A DNA stretch of 46,493 nucleotides from a virus. Its lineage: Duplodnaviria; Caudoviricetes. Both the position numbers and the translations under genes were made by a program. The DNA lies in the IMG/VR virus record IMGVR_UViG_3300046059_000016, positions 1 to 46,493 of that record. One strand, 5' to 3'. The notes beneath the pieces were generated by a model, which was not told the DNA's origin, did not search any database, and saw nothing but the letters and a program-made list of their open reading frames with translations. Shown piece after piece: positions 38,782 through 46,438 of this stretch. Every line of letters starts with the position of its first letter. Positions within the stretch are counted from its first letter, which is position 1.

Positions 38782-39129
38782 TCATGTGTTCTGTTCCACC
38801 TGGCGGTGACAGGGGGCACACAGTGCCTGCAGATTATCCAGGCTGTTTGCTGCCTGCCTCGATTCGAATTCCTTAGCCTTCACCTGGTGATGAACGTGAA
38901 GCCCGCCATCTGGTGGGAACAGATCATCACGTTCCTGGTGTTCCTGGTGACTGATCCCGCACCGCTGGCACTGGTTATCATCCCGTTCCAGCACCCGCTG
39001 CCGGATTGATTCCCAGTCGGTTCCGTAGTAACCCGTATATCGGTCTTTGTGGCCACTGTATTCTGGATCAGGATCGGCTTCCTGATCCTCGGGTTCCTCG
39101 GTGGCGTAGTAATCTGTAGGCAGTGGCAT
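38782..39129 (-). CDS. HNH endonuclease (packaging-associated position)
   Basis: W..IRQRVLERD..CQRCG...LHVHH...NLQALCAPCH, next to TerS. Confidence 0.9.
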   Translation of the reverse strand: MPLPTDYYATEEPEDQEADPDPEYSGHKDRYTGYYGTDWESIRQRVLERDDNQCQRCGISHQEHQERDDLFPPDGGLHVHHQVKAKEFESRQAANSLDNLQALCAPCHRQVEQNT

Positions 39130-39134
39130 GGGGG

Positions 39135-39833
39135 TCAGTCACCCTGAACCAGTGCATCCAGATTATCGTGGCCGGATCCGCCACCGCCGTGCTGGGCTGA
39201 ATTCCCTTCGTAGTGCAGCCCCAGCCGGATTTCTCGGAAGAACCCCTGCAGCGCCTGCAGATCTTCCTTCTTGAACTGCTGATACGGATCACCCTGATCC
39301 GTATATACGGTGCGTTCCAGCCCATCTTCGAACAGATCGGCCAGAATATCGATCCGAAGCACGGCTGCAGCGGCCATCGCCATCGCCTGGCTTTCGTTCA
39401 TCGTTCCGTCCCGGTATTCCAGAAAGCGGTGTTTGAATTCATCCTGCTGCCGTTCGTTCATCACTTCCAGCAGCCGTTCAGCCGTCATGTGCAGCCCGTG
39501 CTTCATCGCGTTCGTATTCCCCTCGGGTGGCCCACCGCCTGGGTTCCCTTCAGCGAACGAATTCCCTTCAGGCGCACCCCTCGATTCCGGGATGTTCCCT
39601 TCCTCGGGTGGATGCTGGTAGCAGTATGATCCCGGTTCTTCCTGGGAAACCACCTGCAGGCACGGATCGCCATCTTCCTTCAGGTAGCCACACCGGGGGC
39701 GTTCCTCGGAATCCTCGGGTGGGTGGTGGTGGCACAGATCCCCTGGTTCGCCCACCCGCTGCTGGCAGGGGTGATCCATCGATTCCGTGAAATACCCGCA
39801 TCTGGCGGTTTCATCGCCTGATTCCGTTCCCAT
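39135..39833 (-). CDS. terS: terminase small subunit
   Basis: GAPEGN...GNTNAMKHGL motif, two N-terminal RCGY..C..C..H repeats, first gene of packaging module. Confidence 0.78.
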   Translation of the reverse strand: MGTESGDETARCGYFTESMDHPCQQRVGEPGDLCHHHPPEDSEERPRCGYLKEDGDPCLQVVSQEEPGSYCYQHPPEEGNIPESRGAPEGNSFAEGNPGGGPPEGNTNAMKHGLHMTAERLLEVMNERQQDEFKHRFLEYRDGTMNESQAMAMAAAAVLRIDILADLFEDGLERTVYTDQGDPYQQFKKEDLQALQGFFREIRLGLHYEGNSAQHGGGGSGHDNLDALVQGD

Positions 39834-39855
39834 ATGCTGCTAAGTGTTCGTGCCA

Positions 39856-39880
39856 GATATATAGGAACGCATCACGCTGG
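39856..39880 (-). promoter_or_regulatory. Late-type promoter
   Basis: CCAGCGTGATGC-GTT-CCTATATA upstream of TerS ATG. Confidence 0.78.
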
Positions 39881-40385
39881 TTTCGAAACGGGAAGGAAAT
39901 CCACTGGGTGTGGGGTTCGTGTTGTTTGTGGTGCTGCTGGAAGCGTGCAGCGGCGTGTGGTCGTGATCGAGACTGTCCGGGTGATGGGGCCTGTAGAAGT
40001 GGATCGGCTTCAGCGGCTGCACAGCGGTTGCTGTGGTGTCTGGAAAACCTGGGCAGGGTGGATCATGCCCCACCTAGTGGAACGGTTCTGGAAAGTGGAT
40101 CAGGCTGTGTGGCTTCCCAGTGGAACGGTGCTGCCTGGATCTGGATGCAGCGGTGGGTTCAAAGTCGGGCTGCTTCTTTGTTATGTGCCTGCTAAGGATT
40201 CGTAGTGGGTAATTACTCGGGGTTTAATCGCTGCTTCAGGTGGTGGGTGGGCGTTCCGCTGGCTGTCGGTATCGGTGTTTGGGTGCTGCCTGAAATGCAA
40301 AGTAGCCCCCAGCGGCCTTTCCAGGGGGTGAAGCCTGGATCAGCCGCTGGGGGCAGTGTGTGCGTGTTCCTCGATGGAACGGTGT

Positions 40386-40667
40386 TCAGGTTGTGGTGAT
40401 GGCCTGGATGTCGGCTTCGATGTGTTCCCGCTGTTCCGTGATGATCACCATCAGTGTCTGCTGGCCGGTGATCAGGCAGTCTTTGCTGCAGTATAGGTTC
40501 CCGAAGGGATCGGATTCCCTCGGTGATCCGGTGGGGATGTCGGTTTCGCACATGCAGCAGGCTGCCTTCATCCAGTCGGCTTCCCCGTGCAAATCCAGTG
40601 GGCAGTGCCACGGGTGGATGTGGCGAACCTGCCCACACGAACTGCATCTGGGGGCGTTTTCGAACAT
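40386..40667 (-). CDS. Cys-rich Zn-finger protein
   Basis: CSSC, CCMC, YCSKDC. Confidence 0.7.
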   Translation of the reverse strand: MFENAPRCSSCGQVRHIHPWHCPLDLHGEADWMKAACCMCETDIPTGSPRESDPFGNLYCSKDCLITGQQTLMVIITEQREHIEADIQAITTT

Positions 40668-40668
40668 C

Positions 40669-40983
40669 CTACCAGCCGATCACCACCACTGGCGTGTTCG
40701 GGGTGATGTCGGTGTCTGGGTAGTATTCGGCCAGTTCTTCCTGCAGTCGGTGAAACGTGGCGTATTCTCGGTGGCCTTCGAACTGCCACGATGGGATGAA
40801 CCCTGCAGGCACTGTGGCGTTCAGCCGGGTGGTGGCCGTGGTGATCTGTTCTCGATCATCATCTACCAGTTCCAGTGGATCGCCAGGTTCGGGATCGTAT
40901 CCTGGATTCAGCCGGATAGTGAACTGTTTCCGGCCTGCCTCGATTTCTTCGGTGAACCTCGGGTGAAATGGGATCTGTATCAC
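40669..40983 (-). CDS. ASCH-domain protein
   Basis: IPF...EEIEAGRKQFTIR...PGD signature. Confidence 0.85.
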   Translation of the reverse strand: MIQIPFHPRFTEEIEAGRKQFTIRLNPGYDPEPGDPLELVDDDREQITTATTRLNATVPAGFIPSWQFEGHREYATFHRLQEELAEYYPDTDITPNTPVVVIGW

Positions 40984-41150
40984 CGTTTCACCATCGCACC
41001 TTCCTTCAAATCGGATTCACTGATCAGTTCCATTTCCACCGCATCATCCCCGTGGATGCAGTGCAGTTGGGGCGGAACCTGGAACGCACCAGCAGTGGTG
41101 CTGTTCGTGCCTATTTCCTTCCCACATCTGGGGCATTTGTGAAGGGACAT
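40980..41150 (-). CDS. 56-aa CPxCG microprotein (not in ORF track)
   Basis: MSLHKCPRCGKEIG...HCIH; coupled to ASCH gene. Confidence 0.7.
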   Translation of the reverse strand: MSLHKCPRCGKEIGTNSTTAGAFQVPPQLHCIHGDDAVEMELISESDLKEGAMVKR

Positions 41151-41153
41151 GGT

Positions 41154-41961
41154 TCATGTCACCCGGTAGGCACCATCACGGGGCATGTAGATTTCACCGC
41201 GTTTCTTCAGTTTCTCGATCTGGGATTCCACCTGTTCGGGGCTGCCTGCCCCCATCTTCACGGCTTCCTGAACGACTGAACCGTGGGGTGCCATCTGTTC
41301 ATCGTGCTGTTCCTCGATCCGTTCCACTGCTTCTTTCGTTTGTATCATGCGTTCGCGCTGGGGTGGATCCTGATCCGCTTCAGAATCCGCTGTGCTGCTG
41401 CCTGATCCGTTCTTCTTCGATTCGATGCGTTCCACCTGGATGTTCGAAAACACCAGCGACTGGCCCAGGCTGGTGCGCTGTGCTGTATCTGGCCGAAGGG
41501 TGTGATCGATGGCGTGCCAGTTCCCGATTAGTGCATCCACGGCTGCAGCCGACAGTGGCCGGTGGAAGTAAACGTGGAATTCCTCGGTTCGCGGTTCGTG
41601 AACCACGAATATGTAACCGCCATCGTGATCCAGTAGTTCCTGGTGTGCGTAATCCCAGATCTGGAAGCGGCCACGGGATCCGTTCCCGTTATAGTAGATC
41701 TGGCAGGATTTGATTTCGATGGGCGTTCCCGTTATAGTAGATCTGGCAGGATTTGATTTCGATGGGCGTTCCCGTTCGGGGATCCACCGCATCGTGGGCT
41801 GATTCCGGGCAGATGGCTGAATCCTGGGGATCCAGATCGTAATGATCACGAACCCACTGTTCAGCGTCGTTCCCGTTCTGTTTCGATCCGGTGGACAGTT
41901 CGCCTGGGTATTCCTCGGGATCGAAGCCGGTGGCTTGTTCGGCTTCAGAATCAGAACCCAT
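41154..41961 (-). pseudogene. PD-(D/E)xK nuclease with C-terminal MCM-type winged helix, frameshifted by a 43-bp duplication
   Basis: Removing one repeat copy gives a 254-aa ORF with E..HDA..EIK core and IEKLKKRGEIYMPRDG tail. Confidence 0.8.
41681..41776. repeat. 43-bp tandem duplication with 10-bp CGTTCCCGTT microhomology
   Basis: Exact copies at 41681-41723 and 41724-41766, plus a partial third copy. Confidence 0.95.
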
Positions 41962-41964
41962 GCA

Positions 41965-42243
41965 GATCACCGTGTGCGTTCGGAAGCCGGGGCATGGCCA
42001 GGAACACCCTGGCTGCCTCGGATTCCCCTACGTGATAGGCCCTACAACCAGATGCGTTTCCGCACCTGCCCAGGCAGGCCGTTCCCGTGGGGATCAGACA
42101 CTGATCCCGCTGGGCGTTCGCCGTGGGTTCGACGTATCGATACCTTCCCGCGTTCCGACAGCCGAAGTGGATCCTGGCGTTAGAGTCTCGATCACCCCCG
42201 TTCAGTCGCGTGGGTATGGTAACATCGTTCGCCACACGATACA
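41965..42243 (-). ncRNA. Candidate structured RNA / 5' leader of nuclease gene
   Basis: Multiple hairpins, GAAA tetraloop, 5'/3' closing stem, promoter-like motif at 42267-42287. Confidence 0.55.
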
Positions 42244-42295
42244 CCCTGGTAGTAGTTGGCATGTATCTTGAAGCATCATCACGCTGGTTTATCTA

Positions 42296-42529
42296 TCACT
42301 GATCACCGGAATGAATACCCAGTGTCTGTGCTTCCTCGGGGGTGATCACTGGATCACTGTCGGGGAGCGGTTCCCCATCGGCAGCGGGGAACTGTCCGGG
42401 TGGCAGATGATCGGGGCAGCCGAACACCTTCCGATCTATTCCACCACCGAATTCGATGTCCACCAGGGCCACTGCATCCCTGGTATCGTAGGCTGCACCA
42501 CACCAGTCGCACTGAAACAGTCTACCCAT
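42296..42529 (-). CDS. Zn-finger microprotein
   Basis: CDWC...CPDH. Confidence 0.72.
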   Translation of the reverse strand: MGRLFQCDWCGAAYDTRDAVALVDIEFGGGIDRKVFGCPDHLPPGQFPAADGEPLPDSDPVITPEEAQTLGIHSGDQ

Positions 42530-42535
42530 CGAGGA

Positions 42536-43060
42536 TCACCGTAGCCCTTCGAGGAACTGCAGCAGTGCTTCGCGCTGTTCGGAATCCCGAGGCAGATCCA
42601 CGGTGAATTCCAGTTCCAGCGTGGCTTCTTCGCGGTGGGGTTCGAAATCATCCACCGACTGGGCGTGATCGTTCGGCTTCCAGGTTAAATCGAAATCCTG
42701 GATGTGGATCCGATCACCGGCCACCTGCACGTATGGCCTGCTGTCGGCTGCCCCGATGTAGGCCGTGAACCCTGGCGGGAACGTGATTTCATCATCTTCC
42801 TGGATGAACGCACCGTTCGAAGCCAGGTGATGTTCGACATCCATCCAGGCGGTGCGTTCCTCGGAACTGTCGGCTTCCATCGAACGCTTCCTGGCCCACG
42901 CCAGTAGGCCCTGCACCAGTTCACCTTCCCGGTATCCGTTCCGATAGCCCAGCAGGAACGCCTGTTCCTGGATGTTCTGGGTTAGTTCCTGCAGGCGATC
43001 ATCGAACTGTTCCTGTTCCGGCGTGGCCGGGGGCAGCCCGTCGCCTGGCAGTTCGGACAT
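42536..43060 (-). CDS. hypothetical protein
   Basis: Acidic 174-aa ORF. Confidence 0.78.
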   Translation of the reverse strand: MSELPGDGLPPATPEQEQFDDRLQELTQNIQEQAFLLGYRNGYREGELVQGLLAWARKRSMEADSSEERTAWMDVEHHLASNGAFIQEDDEITFPPGFTAYIGAADSRPYVQVAGDRIHIQDFDLTWKPNDHAQSVDDFEPHREEATLELEFTVDLPRDSEQREALLQFLEGLR

Positions 43061-43644
43061 CAGAATAGCACCTCGATTTCTTCGGCTGGTTCATCGCTGA
43101 AGATGTCGTTCACCAGGTGGAACAGCATGTGCATCTGGTTCAGACAGCGGCCTTTACCACCCTGGATGGTGGTATCGAGGATCAGCAGGGGAACGTATCC
43201 CCCTTCCCTCGGAACGCCGAACATCTGGCCGATGATCACGGGATCCTGTTCGATCTGGGCCAGTAGATCCAGCGGGATCATCGCCAGGCCCACGCTTTCG
43301 AACGTCATGGGGTGCAGCCGTTCAGCGAACCGCTTCACTGTCGCTGGCTGCACCTGCCGGATGTAGGAATCCTGCAGGCTGTCGGGGCCACCGATGCTGC
43401 CACCCTCGGGAACAGCCTGCTGGCCCAGTTCAGCCCACACTGATCTGGCCTTTCGGTAGATGTCTGCCTCGATGGTGCTGTTTTCCAGGATCCACTGATC
43501 CACGGGTTCTTTGATGTAATCCACCAGTTCAGTGTTCGGCTGGCTGTGGGGATCACACGGTTCATACGATTCATCTGCCACTTCGAAGGGGTTCTTTGCG
43601 TTCATGCCTGATCCGTTAGTAGTAATCCGCTGGGTTCGCTTCAC
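43060..43644 (-). CDS. hypothetical protein
   Basis: Acidic ORF; start uncertain. Confidence 0.75.
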   Translation of the reverse strand: MKRTQRITTNGSGMNAKNPFEVADESYEPCDPHSQPNTELVDYIKEPVDQWILENSTIEADIYRKARSVWAELGQQAVPEGGSIGGPDSLQDSYIRQVQPATVKRFAERLHPMTFESVGLAMIPLDLLAQIEQDPVIIGQMFGVPREGGYVPLLILDTTIQGGKGRCLNQMHMLFHLVNDIFSDEPAEEIEVLF

Positions 43645-44134
43645 CGTTCGACAGTAGGTGATCGATGCGTTTCTGGATCCTCGATCTGATCTGTTCGCCT
43701 GCAGCCTCGGGATCCATCCCGGCGTGCAGGCGATACACCAGATACAGACTGATCACATGGCCGTGGCACAGTTTCGGAAGGCACCAGCAGGCGATGGGCT
43801 TCCCGTAGCAGGAAAGCACCGTATCCTGGATTCCTTCATCTTCCTGCACAGCCTCGATCAGCGTATCAGTGTATTTCAGCAGGCTGTCCTTCCTGGCGTG
43901 TTCCGATACCGGATGTGGGTTCGCCAGCCGGGATCGATCCATTCCGTAATGGCTGTTTTCCCTGCCGATGTAGATGGCTGGGCCTTCTTTCACATCCTGG
44001 AAGCCCGTGGGTTTCCCGTTCAGCAGCACCACGGATTCCGTTTCCTGGCGGTGTTCCTCGGATGCGGCCAGATCCCAGCCATCGATCCGGTGCTTCCAGT
44101 TCTGAATCAGATCCGGTTCTGGTGTGGTGGACAT
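43616..44134 (-). CDS. DUF4326-domain protein
   Basis: YIGR...S.LANP...GKPIACWC.P..CHGHVI. Confidence 0.85.
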   Translation of the reverse strand: MSTTPEPDLIQNWKHRIDGWDLAASEEHRQETESVVLLNGKPTGFQDVKEGPAIYIGRENSHYGMDRSRLANPHPVSEHARKDSLLKYTDTLIEAVQEDEGIQDTVLSCYGKPIACWCLPKLCHGHVISLYLVYRLHAGMDPEAAGEQIRSRIQKRIDHLLSNGEANPADYY

Positions 44135-44136
44135 GA

Positions 44137-44358
44137 TTACGGCCATTTCCCCAGCCCGTAAGCGGCCAGAATGATGCTGATACTGCCGATCAGTATCAGA
44201 ACCCACACGCCGATCATCACGATGAAGAAGCCCTGGGGATCTGGCGTATGCCACCCGAGGATGATCAGCAGTGCTGCCACCAGCATCGTGATGATCAGGT
44301 ATGCTGCTTTCAGAATGTCGGTGATGAACGCCATGCCACCGATTTCAGGATATGACAT
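44137..44358 (-). CDS. two-TM membrane protein
   Basis: Two hydrophobic segments. Confidence 0.72.
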   Translation of the reverse strand: MSYPEIGGMAFITDILKAAYLIITMLVAALLIILGWHTPDPQGFFIVMIGVWVLILIGSISIILAAYGLGKWP

Positions 44359-44770
44359 CTTCTAACACCATCCCGCTGGTTTCCTCGGTGATCTTCCAGT
44401 GCTTCCCCGTATCGATCAGATCCTGAATGTGGAAGAATTCGTGATCACCCTGCTGGTGCTTCCACTTCACAGCGATCAGGCCGGTTCCACCCGTGATTTC
44501 CTCAATGCGTTTCAGCATCTGCCGTTCTTCATCGAGGATCTGGCAGGTGGCTGGCTGAACGTGTTTTTCCTCGATCAGCAGCACCTGGCTGATGTGGCCT
44601 TCATACTGGCTAATCAGGGGATCAGCACGGATAGCCACGATGTCGGCCTGATCGATGTATTCCTCGGTTTTCGGATCCAGAATACCGTGGCCGCTGCTGG
44701 GGGCTTTCTGGGTGTAGAATTCGGCCTGGTGCAGCGCCTGCTGCAGTTTCCGTTCGCTGTAGTTAGACAT
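44345..44770 (-). CDS. hjc: Holliday junction resolvase, Hjc-like
   Basis: ERKL...APSSG...ADIVA...LIEEK archaeal Hjc motifs. Confidence 0.8.
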   Translation of the reverse strand: MSNYSERKLQQALHQAEFYTQKAPSSGHGILDPKTEEYIDQADIVAIRADPLISQYEGHISQVLLIEEKHVQPATCQILDEERQMLKRIEEITGGTGLIAVKWKHQQGDHEFFHIQDLIDTGKHWKITEETSGMVLEDVIS

Positions 44771-45266
44771 GCCCATCACCACCGAAATACCGATCTGCAG
44801 CCTGCTGGCCGGTGGGATCCGGCGGTTCCACCCTGGGGGTAGCCTCGCCATCAGCGTATCCCCGAAGGCTGCAGGCGTATTCCCTCGGTAGGTTCAGCCA
44901 GCGTTCACCGCGTGCCTGGCGTTCTTCCTCTTTTGCCTCGGATTCACCGTGATCCAGGAACGCCTGGGGGTGGAACACCATCGCTTCCTTCAGTGGCCGA
45001 TCATCGAAATACACCAGGATCAGCCTCGATTCCCCGTCACCGATCCGGGGGATCTTCTTCATCACCCCGATGGTTTCCGGTTCATCCGGCAGGTAACTGA
45101 AGCCCGTAAGCACGAACTTCACCCGATCTTCGGGATTCACCTGCAGGATGGCACGGTATCCGATCTGCTTTCCCGTGCCAGTTTTATCGATCACTGAACC
45201 CTGGATTCTGCATCCGGGGCGATTCTTTACCAGTCGCTTTAGGTTCGACAGAACCGTTCCAGTCAT
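44763..45266 (-). CDS. hypothetical protein
   Basis: 167-aa ORF coupled to hjc; overlaps upstream gene by 83 nt. Confidence 0.7.
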   Translation of the reverse strand: MTGTVLSNLKRLVKNRPGCRIQGSVIDKTGTGKQIGYRAILQVNPEDRVKFVLTGFSYLPDEPETIGVMKKIPRIGDGESRLILVYFDDRPLKEAMVFHPQAFLDHGESEAKEEERQARGERWLNLPREYACSLRGYADGEATPRVEPPDPTGQQAADRYFGGDGHV

Positions 45267-46296
45267 GTGTATTATCTGTATCCTCGATCTTCTTCGGCAG
45301 CCTGGTTTCCCCGGCGTTCACCCGTAGGTTCATCAGCGGGCCTTCCCCCAGGGTATCCAGATCTTCTTCCATGTCCCTGCCTTCCAGCACCGCTTCCACG
45401 GCTTCATCGATCTGTTCAGAAAGCGCATCCTGCAGTGCTGAAACCAGTGCAGCACGCACCCTGCCCCGAGGATCGGGAACTGGTTTCGGGGTGATCGGGA
45501 TTTCCAGATGCAGCATCTTCGCCACCACATACGACAGCAGCGGCGTTTCGATGCTTTCCCGTTCCTTCAGCACTGTCAGTGCGTTCAGTTCGGTTCGCCA
45601 CTTATCGGGTGACTGGGTAGGATCTCGTTCCCGAGGCAGATCCAGTCCATCTGCATCATCCTGGGTTAGTCCGATCCCACGCACCCGGTGTTCCAGGTTC
45701 TGGGCCAGGTTCAGGTGTTCGGTTCGGTCACTGTGGCCCTGCAGACTTTCGGTGATCCCGCCACCGTAGAAATCTGCATCTGTCACCACCAGCACGGGGC
45801 GATCCGTATCATCGCCCGCCACCGCTTCCCGGAAGGTTCGGGTGGATTCACCCTGGGCTGCTACGATCAGCCAGCCGTGATGTGACAGCGGGGATAGATC
45901 AGCGGCCATCCCCGATTTTTCCACGAACAGGAAGCCCCTGGCACGTTCCCATGCCTTTGGGATCCATGCCTCGGTGTGTTCTTCACCGTTTTCGATCACC
46001 ACCGTGGGGGGTTTCGTTTCCGGCCTTCGGATTCCGTGCTTTTTCTCGATGCGGGGCCAGAACCCATCCCGGTAGTATTCGTATTGTTCCACGAAATAAT
46101 CGAATTCCGCATCCTGGATGCGGCCAGATTCCCGAAGGGGTTCCAGCCATTCGCGTAGCAGGTAGTAGGAATCACGCATCCGTTCATCCTGGATCCGTTC
46201 GTATCGATCCAGCACCAGATCTTCCACCACGCCCCAGATCCGGTATGAACGGCCATCCTTCGGCAGATCTACTTCCCTGCCGTTCACTTCAGCCAT
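45184..46296 (-). CDS. TopoVI-A/Spo11-like protein (catalytic-Tyr region plus TOPRIM)
   Basis: RDSYY, FVEK, QG and VVTDADFYG motifs. Confidence 0.8.
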   Translation of the reverse strand: MAEVNGREVDLPKDGRSYRIWGVVEDLVLDRYERIQDERMRDSYYLLREWLEPLRESGRIQDAEFDYFVEQYEYYRDGFWPRIEKKHGIRRPETKPPTVVIENGEEHTEAWIPKAWERARGFLFVEKSGMAADLSPLSHHGWLIVAAQGESTRTFREAVAGDDTDRPVLVVTDADFYGGGITESLQGHSDRTEHLNLAQNLEHRVRGIGLTQDDADGLDLPRERDPTQSPDKWRTELNALTVLKERESIETPLLSYVVAKMLHLEIPITPKPVPDPRGRVRAALVSALQDALSEQIDEAVEAVLEGRDMEEDLDTLGEGPLMNLRVNAGETRLPKKIEDTDNTHDWNGSVEPKATGKESPRMQNPGFSDR

Positions 46297-46438
46297 CCTG
46301 ATCACCCTCGATCAGTTCCTGCACTTCTTCACGGTGTTCTGGGCATAGATCCAGGGAAGATTCCCGATTTGCGACATCGCCCAGCAGCCATCCGGTGGGG
46401 TTCAGGCGTGCAGGGGTACAGGTGGAATCACAGCCACC
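46289..46438 (-). pseudogene. 3' part (GGCDSTCTP...LCPEHREEVQELIEGDQDG) of IS-interrupted Zn-finger gene
   Basis: Open frame with no own start, begins right after IS TCAA, stop overlaps start of next gene. Confidence 0.85.

Noticed and set aside
38690-38785. 31-aa ORF MNRNTEGNLTGTW... coupled by ATGA on both sides
   Set aside because: Plausible but too short and atypical to call
41681-41776. Diversity-generating retroelement TR/VR pair
   Set aside because: Copies are adjacent and identical, and no reverse transcriptase was recognised
41951-42262. 103-aa ORF as a real gene
   Set aside because: Basic, atypical codons, and its ATG lies upstream of the predicted transcript start; not fully excluded
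45184-45266. Frameshift explaining the 83-nt overlap of the TopoVI-A-like gene with the next ORF
   Set aside because: Alternative frames do not give a cleaner coupled stop; left as a plain overlap
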